Shown here: positions 37,091-48,200 of the stretch, piece after piece
How positions within the stretch are numbered: position 1 is the stretch's first letter
How the letters are laid out: each line of letters opens with the position of its first letter
DNA from: Eubacteriales bacterium
Lineage (GTDB): Bacteria; Bacillota; Clostridia; Oscillospirales; CAG-272
DNA length: 64,000 bases
Assembly (NCBI GenBank): GCA_045647805.1
Contig: JAZRMT010000146.1
Span: forward strand, 24-64,023
Direction: 5' to 3'
The notes under the pieces: model-generated
Seen by the model: only the letters and a program-made list of their open reading frames with translations
Told to the model about the DNA's origin: nothing
Databases searched by the model: none
Translations under genes and position numbers: made by a program

Positions 37091-37218
37091 TGCAAAGAAT
37101 GCAAAATATGCAATTAGGTTCGCAATACCCTTGAATATGTAAATAATTGTTAGAAATAACGAACAAAATAACACCAAAACAAATAGCAAATCATCTTTCG
37201 AAAAGGAGTTTAATAAAA

Positions 37219-38499
37219 ATGAGCAAGACAAGAATTGAGACTAAATGCGTCCAGGGCGGCTATACCCCCGGCAACGGTGAGCCAAGACAGATCCCGATTA
37301 TACAGTCCACCACATTCAAATACGGAACAAGCGAGGATATGGGTAAGCTCTTCGATCTTGAGGCATCGGGATACTTCTATTCCAGACTTCAGAATCCTAC
37401 CTGCGACACCGTTGCGGCAAGAATTTGCGAGCTTGAGGGCGGTACTGCGGCAATGCTTACATCTTCGGGCCAGGCGGCAAACTTCTTTGCGGTATTCAAT
37501 ATTGCCTCTAACGGTGATCACGTTGTTTCCTCCAGTGCTATTTACGGCGGAACCTATAATCTCTTTGCTGTTACTATGAAGAGAATGGGCGTTGAGTTTA
37601 CCTTTGTTTCTCCCGACGCTACCGAGGAGGAAATAAGAGCGGCAATAAGACCTAACACCAAGGCTGTTTTCGGTGAGACTATTGCAAACCCTGCACTTAC
37701 CGTTCTTGATATCGAGAGATTTGCCAAGGTTGCTCACGAGGCGGGTGTTCCTCTTATCATCGACAACACCTTTGCTACTCCCATTAACTGCCGTCCCTTC
37801 GAGTGGGGTGCGGATATCGTTACCCATTCAACCACCAAGTATATGGACGGTCACGGAAGTGCGGTTGGCGGATGTATCGTTGATTCCGGTAAATTCGATT
37901 GGAAGGCTTCGGGCAAGTTCGATTGCCTTTGCACACCGGACGAGAGCTATCACGGAGTAAATTATTACGAGAGATTCGGTCTTGCAGGTGCCTTTATCAC
38001 CAAGGCTACCGCTCAGCTTATGCGTGATTTCGGCTGTACTCAGTCTCCCCAGTCTGCATTCCTTCTCGGACTAGGTCTTGAGTCGCTTCACGTTCGTATG
38101 GAACGCCATTGCGAGAACGGTCTTGCAGTTGCCAAGTTCCTTAAGTCTCATCCCGCTGTCACCTGGGTAAAGTATCCCTCTCTTGAAGGTGACAAGTACT
38201 ATGATCTTACACAGAAGTATATGCCTAAGGGCAGCTGCGGCGTTGTTTCCTTCGGAGTTAAGGGTGGTCGTGCTGCTGCCGAGAAGTTCATGAAGAATAT
38301 GAAGCTCGGTGCTATCGAAACTCACGTTGCCGATGCAAGAACCTGTTGTCTGCACCCTGCAAGTGCAACTCACCGTCAGATGAATGATGAGGAGCTTCTT
38401 GCGGCAGGTGTTTCTCCCGATCTTATCCGTTATTCCTGCGGAATTGAGTCTGCCGAGGATCTTATAGAGGATCTTAAGCAGGCGCTTGAATCGATCTGA
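37219..38499 (+). CDS. metY: O-acetylhomoserine sulfhydrylase (aminocarboxypropyltransferase), PLP-dependent
   Basis: ATG at 37219 follows AAGGAG. Cys/Met-metabolism PLP enzyme pattern, with the lysine in [16 protein letters not shown]. Confidence 0.9.
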   Translation: MSKTRIETKCVQGGYTPGNGEPRQIPIIQSTTFKYGTSEDMGKLFDLEASGYFYSRLQNPTCDTVAARICELEGGTAAMLTSSGQAANFFAVFNIASNGDHVVSSSAIYGGTYNLFAVTMKRMGVEFTFVSPDATEEEIRAAIRPNTKAVFGETIANPALTVLDIERFAKVAHEAGVPLIIDNTFATPINCRPFEWGADIVTHSTTKYMDGHGSAVGGCIVDSGKFDWKASGKFDCLCTPDESYHGVNYYERFGLAGAFITKATAQLMRDFGCTQSPQSAFLLGLGLESLHVRMERHCENGLAVAKFLKSHPAVTWVKYPSLEGDKYYDLTQKYMPKGSCGVVSFGVKGGRAAAEKFMKNMKLGAIETHVADARTCCLHPASATHRQMNDEELLAAGVSPDLIRYSCGIESAEDLIEDLKQALESI

Positions 38500-38545
38500 T
38501 CGATTCTGCTTATTGAATGATAAAATAAATCAGCGAGGTAATATC

Positions 38546-39472
38546 ATGCCCATTAAAATACCAAACGAGCTTCCCGCCGTAAAAACTCTTGAAAACGAAA
38601 ATATATTCGTAATGACGGAGAGTAGGGCTATTAAGCAGGATATTCGTCCACTAAAAATTCTTATCCTCAATCTTATGCCCACTAAGGTGGATACCGAGAC
38701 TCAGCTTTCGAGGCTTCTCGGTAATACACCCTTGCAGGTGGAGATAGAGCTTATACACACCAAGACACATCAGTCCAAGAACACCTCCGAGGAGCATCTT
38801 CTTGCATTTTACAAGGTATTCGACGACGTAAAGGAGAACTACTACGACGGTATGATAATTACCGGCGCTCCCGTCGAGAAAATGGAGTTTGAGGAGGTGG
38901 ACTACTGGAATGAGCTATGCGAGATAATGGAATGGTCTAAGTCTCACGTTCAGAGTACTCTTCATATCTGTTGGGGAGCTCAGGCGGGACTCTACTATCA
39001 CTTCGGAATACAAAAATATCTTATGGATGAAAAGCTTTCGGGCGTTTATGCTCATAAGGTGGATTACAAAAAATCTATTCTGTTCAGAGGCTTTGACGAC
39101 GTGTTTTACGTTCCTCACTCCAGATATACTACCGTTAAGAGAGAGGAAATCGAGGCTGTAAAGGGCTTGAAGGTGCTTTCATCCTCCGAAAAGGCGGGTG
39201 TCTATACGGTATCTACCAAGGGCGGAAGACAAATCTTTGTTACCGGTCACTCGGAGTATGATGCCGATACTCTTAACAAGGAATACACCCGCGATAAGCT
39301 TGCGGGAATAAATCCTAAGATTCCCGAGCATTATTTCCCGAATGATGACGACACCAAGTCACCCGTGATCACCTGGAGAGGTCACGCAACTCTTCTGTTT
39401 ACCAACTGGCTTAACTACTTCGTATATCAAACCACTCCTTACGATATAATGAAAATTAAAGCTACTCAATAA
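38546..39472 (+). CDS. metA: Homoserine O-acyltransferase (MetA/HTS family)
   Basis: Starts [23 protein letters not shown]..., and ILNLMP, GAPVE and HICWGAQA are typical MetA motifs. The start is moved to ATG 38546. Confidence 0.9.
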   Translation: MPIKIPNELPAVKTLENENIFVMTESRAIKQDIRPLKILILNLMPTKVDTETQLSRLLGNTPLQVEIELIHTKTHQSKNTSEEHLLAFYKVFDDVKENYYDGMIITGAPVEKMEFEEVDYWNELCEIMEWSKSHVQSTLHICWGAQAGLYYHFGIQKYLMDEKLSGVYAHKVDYKKSILFRGFDDVFYVPHSRYTTVKREEIEAVKGLKVLSSSEKAGVYTVSTKGGRQIFVTGHSEYDADTLNKEYTRDKLAGINPKIPEHYFPNDDDTKSPVITWRGHATLLFTNWLNYFVYQTTPYDIMKIKATQ

Positions 39473-39595
39473 CACGAAAAGTAAATAAAACATTACAAAA
39501 AACGGCAGATATTACCTAAAAACAGAGCTTTAAGAGTTCTCTGTATCTCGGTTATATTTGCTGTTTTTTTAAGTGCTATTAAGGCGAAACGGCTT

Positions 39596-39955
39596 TTGTC
39601 AGTAAAATGTGCTTGGCATGTCGGTCAAGTTCGTTTTGTATTATGCGGTGTGCCTTTAATCTTATATAGTGCTGTGAGCAGCACGCTCATACCCGCTTAC
39701 CTGACCTTCAGCGGAGCAAGCACGACCTCGACAGTGGACGGAGTTCTTGAATCAAGACTTAAGGTGTTTGTTGATGACGAGCTTTTGTACGTTACCGACC
39801 TTCGTCTTGAGGATAAGGTGTTCAGCGAGATAAGAATGGTCACGCTTAACGCACTTATTGCTACGGTTGGCGTAATATACGTGGATAACCTCAGCTTTGT
39901 GCAGTCTATTGCAGAGTATGACGGATTACCTGTTACTCACACGATTGTTGAATAA
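39596..39955 (+). pseudogene. 5'-truncated remnant of a family paralogue (last LamG-like module only)
   Basis: The ending LKVFVDDELLYVTD...VIYVDNLSFVQSIAEYDGLPVTHTIVE* aligns with the A3 C-terminus TKVFINDELLFVSD...TMYIDNLSFKESTVEYDGSELTYNLD*. It has no signal peptide, no ATG with an RBS, and no upstream domains. Confidence 0.55.
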
Positions 39956-39985
39956 ATGTCGAAAATGACAAAATAAGTTTACAAA

Positions 39986-40030
39986 AGAGCGTCTTTTTTG
40001 CCTATGTGCATCAAGACGCTCGTCTTTTTT
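39986..40030 (+). terminator. Rho-independent terminator after the remnant
   Basis: AGAGCGTCTT pairs with AAGACGCTC and is followed by a T-run. Confidence 0.7.
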
Positions 40031-40123
40031 ACGCTTTGAAAAACATTAAAGATCCTCCGATCGGGCAAGATGCGGTTGTGCAATATGTTTAAAACTTATA
40101 AATATTATTGTTGAAATCGCCAA

Positions 40124-40153
40124 TTTACTTTTTTAGTTGCAAAATGATATAAT
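40124..40153 (+). promoter_or_regulatory. Putative promoter of A2 with an extended -10 element (TTTACT-18 nt-TGATATAAT)
   Basis: TGATATAAT is at 40145-40153. The same AATTTACTTTT...TGATATAAT arrangement recurs upstream of A3, and the TGATATAAT box recurs upstream of A4. Confidence 0.5.
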
Positions 40154-40200
40154 TATTATAATTATAAAGTAAAAAAGATCAAATCGAAAGGATAAGACAA

Positions 40201-43200
40201 ATGAAAAAACTATCATTACTGGTTCTTCTTCTTTTCCTGATCGGAGTATGCTTTACTGCTTGTGCTCTTCCCATGACAGACACGACAGGTAATAACGGCA
40301 GCTCGAATAAGGATGACAAGGACGACAAGGACGATAAGGACGACAAAGACGATAAGGATGACGGTGACGATTCCGGAAACGGCGGCAACACCGACGACGA
40401 TGACAACACCGGAAACGGCGGCAACACCGACGATGATGATAACACCGGAAACGGCGGCAACACCGACGATGATGACAACACCGGAAACGGCGGTAACGAG
40501 GAGCCGGAGAATTTAATTTATAATTACGGCTCAGAGATCTATTTGGTATACGATCCCGAGCAGGTATCTGACGATCAGTTAAATGATATAATATTTGCAC
40601 TTATAAATGAGGAAATTTACTTGAGGGCTTACGACAAGAATGCGGAGCCGATGCCTCATGAGATCGTTATAGGTGATATAGGAAGATCTGTGTCGAATAT
40701 GGCATATACATATCTTGACAGAATTGAAGCTGGAAGCGACGCCGAGCTGCGTTTCGGATTCTACTCAAACGGTTCGTCTTTAGCAATTGCTTTCGACGAT
40801 GATCCGGAGGGATATTGTCTTGCGGCGGCACTGGAAAAGTTCTTGGAGCTATATATAAAGCCCGAGCTGATACTTCCCAAGGGCTTCTATCACGGACAGT
40901 CCTTCAACCTTTACGACTACCTTGAGGAGGTGGACAACGAGTATTACAAGGAGCGTTGGACCGGAATTTCCAATCTTGCAGGCGAGCATGGCACAAGTCT
41001 TGTTAATGCGCTTAAATCGCTCTATACGCTTTACGACGGTGAGAAGCTGACCAGCTGGATAGCAAACCTTTACGACACAAATATCTGTGTATGCAAGGGA
41101 CTTTACGCCGAGGAGGAGTGCCAGCAAACTCCTTGGTGCGGTACCGGTGGATTCTATTATTCCAACTCCGCAAGAGATAATTACGGATTTCTTCCCGATG
41201 CCGAGTCCACCGTGCAGGCACTTGGATTCATAACCGATTCCGGTATCGGAGCCGGTATCGGAAACTATACTGCCGTTCTTCCTGATTGGATGGATGAGCA
41301 GATCATTAATTTCATCTACAATCTTCAGGATCCGGACGGATTCTTCTATCACCCTCAGTGGGGTAAGGCTATCGGAGATTCCAGACGTTCCAGAGACTAC
41401 AACTGGTGTCTAAATATACTTAAATCGTACGGTGTAAGCACTAGGTACCCGACGATGGGAGACATCCCTGTTGATGGTGCATCTCACACCCTTCTTCCCG
41501 GCAGACTTGGTAGCTCCTCTGTGTCTGCGGTATCCAAGGTCATAGCCGTAGAGGGCGAGACCTACATTCCACCGCAGCTTCAGACGCTTGACAATTTCAA
41601 GGCTTACGTTATCGGACAGGACGTTTATAATAAATCTTACTCTGCAGGTAACAATTTCTCCTCTCAGCTCTCGCAGATCAGGACAAGACCTGCCGAGTAC
41701 GGAGAATTTTTGATCTCGCATCTTAACGAGGTTTACAATTACTATAACAACGGTACATGGCACCACACCGTTAATTATTATGGAGTCAACGGTGTTATGA
41801 AGATATCCGGTGTTTATTCTGGCTTGAAGGCGGCTATTCCAAATGCTTCTCTTGCTTGCAGGGCGGCGTTCGAGGCGGTATCCTCTGACCAAGAAACGGG
41901 CGGAATCGTTGATATCTGGAATACCTGGGCGGCGGTAGAACGTGTTCTGGGCAATATTCAGACCTATTCCGATGATGGAGCAGCGACTGTTGCAGAGCTT
42001 CGTGAGGAGATACTTGCTTCGGCTCCCTCTGCGATCATTGCATCCAGAGATAAGCTCAGTGCTTACGTTAAGCTGGACGGTTCATTCTCTTATCAAAAAA
42101 ATAACAGCTCGCCAACCTCGCAGGGAGTTCCCGTAGCCGTTTCCGGAACTAACGAGGGCGACGTAAACGCAACGGTAATCGGTACCAACTATATGATAAG
42201 TTCGATCTTCTCGTGTCTCTATATGAGCTCCTACAAGGTGACTATTTGCCGAACGAGAGAAAGAGCGATATTCTATGATATTATTGAAAATCTTTCTCCC
42301 GTAATCAAGGGCGGCTCTGCCGAGATTTCGGTAGATTATATTGATTTCGATTACGATGAGGTCGGCGATGAGCCCTCCGACGTTACCGTGGGCTCCGGCT
42401 CTGTCGGTACCGTTGTAGATGATCCCAGAAACGAGGGAGAAGGTAATGTGTTACACTACGTTTCCGCAGTTAATCCCGGCGTCGATGACAAGTATAACGA
42501 AAACTATGTCAAGATCGCCAATGCGGGTGCGGGCAGCAAAGCACAGATATTTGAGGGCGAATTCTGCTTCGAGGAGGATATTCCTTCCAGTGAATGCTTC
42601 AGACTTGAGCTCGGTCGAGAGGGTGATGTTTACAACGCCTACCGTATCGTCTTCCGTAAGGGCACGGACGGTATAGAGCTTTGGGAAAGCTCCTCGAATA
42701 CTAAGGCAAATTCGATTTATAATTATCTTGGTGTAAGCGTTAAGCCGGGCGAGTGGTTCAAGCTTAGAATAGAGTATTATAAGGGTGATCATTCCGGCGT
42801 AAGAATAAAGGTCTACTTCAACGACAAGCTCTGCGCGATAAGTGACAACTACTACAATTCCAACGGAGCGAAGCTTAACGGTACGGCAACGCCATCGTCC
42901 GACTTCAGGCATACTAGATTCTATGCTTTGAACGGCGTCAGAGTATCCGTTCTTATGGATAACCTTGTTTCATACGTTTCAAACGATATCTACGTTGCCT
43001 CCGAGCTTGACGAGCCGTATTCATCAAATCCTTATGCAATAGCGGTGGATAAGGTTTACGAGGAGTCGTTGGTGTACGATTTCGAGGACGTCGATGCAGG
43101 TAATGAGTATCCCGACAGAATTACAGTTAATAAGGTAGGTGCAGCCGAGGTTCGTGCCGACGGCGAAAACAATCAGCTCGTACTTTCGGGTGGCTCAAGC

Positions 43201-44946
43201 GTATACGTTCCCGTAATGAAGCTCACCAGAGATGCAAACTGCTCGATCTTCTCTATGAAGGTTGATGCAAGAGCTGCGGCGGTAGGCGATCTTGCCAAGA
43301 TATCATTGGCGGAGGCTAATGCTACAAATAATGCTATCATCGTTCTTTCTCTTAAGGTTGTTGAGGAGGACGGAGCCAAATACGTTCGTATGCTTGATGA
43401 AAAGGGCAAGGAGATCACAGGATTCGGCTTCTCTGCCGAGAAGATCGCAGACGTAAGGATCGACTTCTATGAAAACGAGAAGATTACTCTCATGTATGTT
43501 GACGGTTCGGTTTGCGGACTTTCCTCGCTTCTCAGTGCTGAGGCTAAGAGGGTAAGATATGCAAAGGCTATCGTTACCTCGCTCGGTACGGGTGAGCTTA
43601 TTATTGACGACCTTTGCGGTGAGCGTACTACCAAGGATTACGAGGCTGCTACTGCTCCCAAATATGACGGTAAGGTTTACGACTTCAATAGCGGACTTGA
43701 CGGAGCGGAGATAAGCGGCTCTGTAACTCTCGGCGGAACTGCTACCGACGGTTCGCTGACTATCAATTCCTCGAAGAACGGCTTTGTAAAGATCCCTGCG
43801 ACAAACAGAGATGACGTTGTGAGCATGTCTACCTTCGCCTTCGATATCAAGTTCACCTCTATGACCAAGAACGGTGCAACTCACGAGATTTCTATTACCG
43901 ATTCGGACGGAAACAACATCATTTTGTTCGTGTTGGTTGCAAATGACGGTATCGTCGAGCTTTATGAAAAGACCGCACTCGGCACTCATGCAAAGCCCGT
44001 AATGACCTTTGCAAGCTCTGTTAAGACAAGTCTTAAATTCGAGTTCTACGAGGTTAACGGCATTTGTAAGATCTACGTAGACGGTGTTTATTCCACCGAG
44101 ACCTCTCTCGTTTACAATGCGGAGAATGCCAAGCTGACTCCCGCGTACGCAGCTATAACCAATGCGGGAACTCTCAGCACGGCCGTTGTAGATAATATGT
44201 CGCTTGACAGAGTGAATAAGCTTTACTCTGCCTCGGCGGCTACGAAGCCTGAGGGGGATGCTCCTGTGATCAGCTTCGATTACGCCTCCGGAGAAAACTA
44301 TTCCGACAAGGTGAGTGTTTCTATAAACTGTGCCGTTCCCAATCCTACCGTTGTTGAGGTAGAGAAGAACGGTAAGCCCGATAAGGCTCTCAGATATGAA
44401 ACTGCTGCGGGTGGCACAGGAATGGATTCTGTCGGCATTAGTAAGACCAAAACCGTAAGCGGTGCGGTCTCTTACGTATTCGAAACCGATTTTATGATTG
44501 AGAGCGTTGGATACAATGCTCCCTTCCAGATCTGGTTCAGCAGCGGAAGCACCACGGCAATGCAGATCAATATTACGGTTGACAAAGATAATAAAATATA
44601 CCTTCATAACGGAAACACCGGACACACAAAATATGACACGGGTGTTAAGATCGGCGAGTGGATGAATCTAAGAGTTGAGAACTACTTCGCTGACGGCAGG
44701 ATCAAGGCTAAGATATTCATTAACAATGAGCTTGCCTACACCGTTGAGTATTATGAGGCTGACGGAAATGTTATGGCGGATATGTACGTTGACGGCGAGC
44801 TTTACGGCTCGGCTATATGCACCAATGGTGAGAAGGTTGTCTCCGGCGTATCCAAGGTAGAGATAAAGGCTCTTAAATCCTCGATTGCCGTGTCCTATAT
44901 TGACAACATTGGTCTCTCCGAATCCACCGAAACTTATCAGCCTTAA
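40201..44946 (+). CDS. Giant lipoprotein A2 of the paralogous family
   Basis: The N-terminus MKKLSLLVLLLFLIGVCFTAC has a lipobox, followed by an acidic repeat stalk and the junction EEPENLIYNYG. Motifs are HEIVIGDIGRSVS, LYDTNICVCKGLYAEEECQQTPWCGTGGFYYSNSARDNYGFLPDAESTVQAL, LQDPDGFFYHPQWGK..SRRSRD, DGSFSY..SQGVPVAV and NEGDVNAT. Multiple LamG-like modules follow. Confidence 0.93.
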   Translation: MKKLSLLVLLLFLIGVCFTACALPMTDTTGNNGSSNKDDKDDKDDKDDKDDKDDGDDSGNGGNTDDDDNTGNGGNTDDDDNTGNGGNTDDDDNTGNGGNEEPENLIYNYGSEIYLVYDPEQVSDDQLNDIIFALINEEIYLRAYDKNAEPMPHEIVIGDIGRSVSNMAYTYLDRIEAGSDAELRFGFYSNGSSLAIAFDDDPEGYCLAAALEKFLELYIKPELILPKGFYHGQSFNLYDYLEEVDNEYYKERWTGISNLAGEHGTSLVNALKSLYTLYDGEKLTSWIANLYDTNICVCKGLYAEEECQQTPWCGTGGFYYSNSARDNYGFLPDAESTVQALGFITDSGIGAGIGNYTAVLPDWMDEQIINFIYNLQDPDGFFYHPQWGKAIGDSRRSRDYNWCLNILKSYGVSTRYPTMGDIPVDGASHTLLPGRLGSSSVSAVSKVIAVEGETYIPPQLQTLDNFKAYVIGQDVYNKSYSAGNNFSSQLSQIRTRPAEYGEFLISHLNEVYNYYNNGTWHHTVNYYGVNGVMKISGVYSGLKAAIPNASLACRAAFEAVSSDQETGGIVDIWNTWAAVERVLGNIQTYSDDGAATVAELREEILASAPSAIIASRDKLSAYVKLDGSFSYQKNNSSPTSQGVPVAVSGTNEGDVNATVIGTNYMISSIFSCLYMSSYKVTICRTRERAIFYDIIENLSPVIKGGSAEISVDYIDFDYDEVGDEPSDVTVGSGSVGTVVDDPRNEGEGNVLHYVSAVNPGVDDKYNENYVKIANAGAGSKAQIFEGEFCFEEDIPSSECFRLELGREGDVYNAYRIVFRKGTDGIELWESSSNTKANSIYNYLGVSVKPGEWFKLRIEYYKGDHSGVRIKVYFNDKLCAISDNYYNSNGAKLNGTATPSSDFRHTRFYALNGVRVSVLMDNLVSYVSNDIYVASELDEPYSSNPYAIAVDKVYEESLVYDFEDVDAGNEYPDRITVNKVGAAEVRADGENNQLVLSGGSSVYVPVMKLTRDANCSIFSMKVDARAAAVGDLAKISLAEANATNNAIIVLSLKVVEEDGAKYVRMLDEKGKEITGFGFSAEKIADVRIDFYENEKITLMYVDGSVCGLSSLLSAEAKRVRYAKAIVTSLGTGELIIDDLCGERTTKDYEAATAPKYDGKVYDFNSGLDGAEISGSVTLGGTATDGSLTINSSKNGFVKIPATNRDDVVSMSTFAFDIKFTSMTKNGATHEISITDSDGNNIILFVLVANDGIVELYEKTALGTHAKPVMTFASSVKTSLKFEFYEVNGICKIYVDGVYSTETSLVYNAENAKLTPAYAAITNAGTLSTAVVDNMSLDRVNKLYSASAATKPEGDAPVISFDYASGENYSDKVSVSINCAVPNPTVVEVEKNGKPDKALRYETAAGGTGMDSVGISKTKTVSGAVSYVFETDFMIESVGYNAPFQIWFSSGSTTAMQINITVDKDNKIYLHNGNTGHTKYDTGVKIGEWMNLRVENYFADGRIKAKIFINNELAYTVEYYEADGNVMADMYVDGELYGSAICTNGEKVVSGVSKVEIKALKSSIAVSYIDNIGLSESTETYQP
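40312..40497 (+). repeat. In-frame tandem repeats: 9-bp (DDK) units followed by three copies of a 36-bp unit (plus a partial fourth) encoding GNGGNTDDDDNT
   Basis: Read directly from the sequence. The 36-bp unit GGAAACGGCGGCAACACCGACGAYGATGAYAACACC starts at 40375. Confidence 0.9.
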
Positions 44947-45008
44947 TGGCAATTTTGTAACGAATAGTTTGCAAAAAAGCGGATTTAAATAATTTAATAA
45001 CAAATTCG

Positions 45009-45056
45009 GCAACGAAAAAGGAAGGAAAAAACCGACCTTTTTCGTTGCTTTTTTTG
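45009..45056 (+). terminator. Rho-independent terminator of A2
   Basis: GCAACGAAAAAGG pairs with CCTTTTTCGTTGC and is followed by TTTTTTT. Confidence 0.85.
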
Positions 45057-45147
45057 ACCGTTTCTTAGTGAAAAAACGGCTCTGTGTCTGATTTCTTTTT
45101 TGTGCATACTGCCGATTTTACGTTCGAAGTTTTGGTAATATAATCAA

Positions 45148-45176
45148 TTTACTTTTAATTTTATATATGATATAAT
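45148..45176 (+). promoter_or_regulatory. Putative promoter of A3 (TTTACT-17 nt-TATAAT with a TG extension)
   Basis: TTTACT at 45148-45153 and TGATATAAT at 45168-45176. Confidence 0.5.
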
Positions 45177-45240
45177 AAAAATGAAATATTATTTTAAATA
45201 CGGACGTGATTATATATGCTCGAAAAGGATAGGTGCATTT

Positions 45241-48200
45241 ATGAAGAGATTAGTTCTACTACTTGTTATTATATTTGTTATGGCGCTTTGCTTGCCCTCT
45301 TGCACAGTTTACTCCGGTTCGGACGAGGATAGCTCCGATAAGGACAAGGATAACGGCTCGGAGGATGGAGACTCCGACAAGAATGATGATGAAGACGATA
45401 AGAATGACAATAGCGGTGTTGACGATGATGACGACGGTAGTACTGATGACGACGGTAGTACCGATGACGACGGTAGTACCGATGACGACGGTAGTACCGA
45501 TGACGATGGCAGTACCGATGACGATGGCAGTACCGATGACGACGGCAGTACCGATGACGACGGCAGTACCGATGACGACGGCAGTACCGACGGTGGGGAA
45601 GAGGATGATGATAAACCCACGGGTGGCAAGGATAAGCCTGAAAATTACATATACGGTGCTGACGAGGTCTTTTATATCGTTTACAATCCCCTCGATATAT
45701 CCGACTATAACGTTAACCGCCTGGCTGATGCCTTTTTTGACAAGGGCATTATGGTAGAGCTTTGCAGTTACACTTCCGCTCCTCATGATCACGAGCTGGT
45801 TATAGGTGACGTGGGAAGAACGGTATCGGATGATGCGTATATGCATCTTGGAAGAGTGGATAAAAACAGCGACAGTGATATGAGATTCTGTATTTATTCC
45901 TCGGGCTCCTCTATTGCTATCGCTTACGAAAAGGATGAAGAGGGCCTTTGCTCGGATGCGGCTGTTGATAATTTTATAGAAAATTACGTCAGAGAAAGCC
46001 TTGCGGTTGGCAAGGGAAGTCTTGTTGCCGAATCCTTTGACCTATACGTTTATCTTGAAGAGAGGGATCTTGCCTCCTATCAGGAGAGATGGGCGAAGGT
46101 TGCCGCTTATGCAGGTGCGAGCGGTGCAGAGATCGTTTCCGCTCTTCAGTCTCTCTATACCATCTATGACGGAGAGGGGCTGGTTTCCTGGATGGCAAAC
46201 CTTTACGATCCCGATATATGCGTGTGTAAAAATCTCTACGGTGAAGCGGAGTGCAGCAACACTCAATGGTGCCATACGGGCGGATTTTATTTTTCCAACA
46301 GTGCCCGCGATACTATCGGCTTCCTTCCCGACGTGGAGTCGACGAATCAGATATTGAAGTTTATCGATAGCTCGGGAATTCTGACGGGTATCGGTGACAG
46401 TTACGATGACCTTCTTCCCGGTGATGTCAACGAGGCAATAAAGAACTTTGCTTACAATCTTCAGAGCCCTGACGGATATTTCTATCATCCACAGTGGGGA
46501 ACGGCTATCGGAACCTCCCGAAGAGCCCGTGACTATAACTGGAGCATAAGCATACTGAATAATTACGGAGTTACTCCGAAATACAAGACGATTAACGACG
46601 TGCCCTCGGAGAATCAGGTTTCCTTTGAGTTCCTGCCTGCAAGGCTCGGAACATCTACCGTGTCTATGGTTTCCAAGGTCATCGCCGCCGAGAGCGAGAC
46701 TCTGATTCCCGATCACCTTAAGACTGTTGAAGCCTTTAGGCAATATCTTATTGATCTTGATATTCCGAACAATTCATATTCGGCGGGTAATACACTCTCC
46801 GCTCAGTCCTCTCAGATCAATTCGAGGGGAAGTGAATACAAAACTGTTCTTATGGAGCATCTTAACGCCTGCCAGAATGAAAATGGAACATGGAGAGACG
46901 TTTTGGACTACGACGCCATAAACGGCGTTATGAAGATTTCCGGAGTATATTCGGCCTTCAAAACTCCTATTCCCAATGCTGAGAAGGCTTGCCGTGCTGC
47001 TTTTGCGGCGGTCAGCTCGGATGAATCCTGCGGAAGTATTGTTGATATCTGGAACGCATGGGAGGCGCTTGACCGTGTGTTAATTAACATAAGAACTCAC
47101 GGAGAAATAGGCCTTGATGCACAGATCGTCAACGACATTCTCCCGGATGCGGCACAGGCGATCCGTGATACGAGAGATAAGCTTGTTACATTCCGTAAGA
47201 ATGACGGCTCCTTCGTATATCAGGCGAGCGGCAAGACCTCCGGTATTTCTATGGGCGCTCAGGTTTCTGTTGCAGGCACCGACGAGGGCGACGTTAACGC
47301 TACGATTATCGGCAGCTCCTCTATGGTAAAGTCTATTTTCCATTGCCTCAAACTTGGTACTGCGGTTCCTATCGCACTGACCAAGGAAAGGACGGTGTTC
47401 CGAGATATAATCGGTAACATAAGCCCGGTAATCAAAACCGGTTCGTTAGATGAGGCGACCGCGCCTATCACCTTTGATTATTACGATGAGGGCGATATAC
47501 CCTCCGAGGTTCGAATTTTCAGCAAAGGAAACAGTCAAATAGTTGCGGACGAGAGGGACGAGGAGAGCAAGGTTCTTCTCTTCAACAGTATTGTCGGAGG
47601 CGGTGATTACTTCAAGCTTAATACGGCGGGCTATAAGGCGAGTGCTACCGGTCTTGTATTCGAGAGCGAGTTCTGTTTTGATGCCTCGTCCTCTAATCAT
47701 AAATCTCTTGTGAGGTTTGAGATGGGAGCCGACGGTGACGTTGATAATATTTACCGTCTTGCATTCGGTACGAGCGACGAGGGCGTTGAGATATGGGAGC
47801 ATTCCTCCTCTGCCTCCTCAAAGGACGTGTCAAATTATCTCGCTTCGGTAAAATACGGTCAGTGGTTCAAGCTGAAGGTGATTTACTACAAGGGCGATCA
47901 CAATACGGTAAGGATCAAGGTCTATCTTGACGATAAGCTCATTGCTATCAGTGACAACTACTACGACAAGGAGGGCGTAAAGCTTAACGGAGAGGGAACA
48001 CCCAATACAGGTCTTGATGAATGCCGCTTCTTCGTTTTGAAGGATTACGTACTTAACCTTTACATCGATAATATAAGATCTTACTACACGAAGAAAAACT
48101 ATGCCTACGAGCCTCTTCATGAGGATTACCGCTATCTTCCTACGTCTATTAACGTGGACGAGATTTCAAAAGACGGCGTGATCTACGATATGGAGGAGCT

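Noticed and set aside
36773-37166. ORFs overlapping the met leader. I also considered a SAM (S-box) riboswitch here.
   Set aside because: The region contains the T-box consensus and stem I motifs, not the SAM-I core, so the ORFs are incidental.
40179-40600. ORFs 40179-40481 (-), 40253-40600 (-) and 40313-40516 (+)
   Set aside because: Shadow frames of the A2 acidic repeat array, for the same reason as above.
45259-45846. ORFs 45259-45846 (-), 45263-45757 (+) and 45309-45629 (-)
   Set aside because: Shadow frames of the A3 18-bp repeat array.
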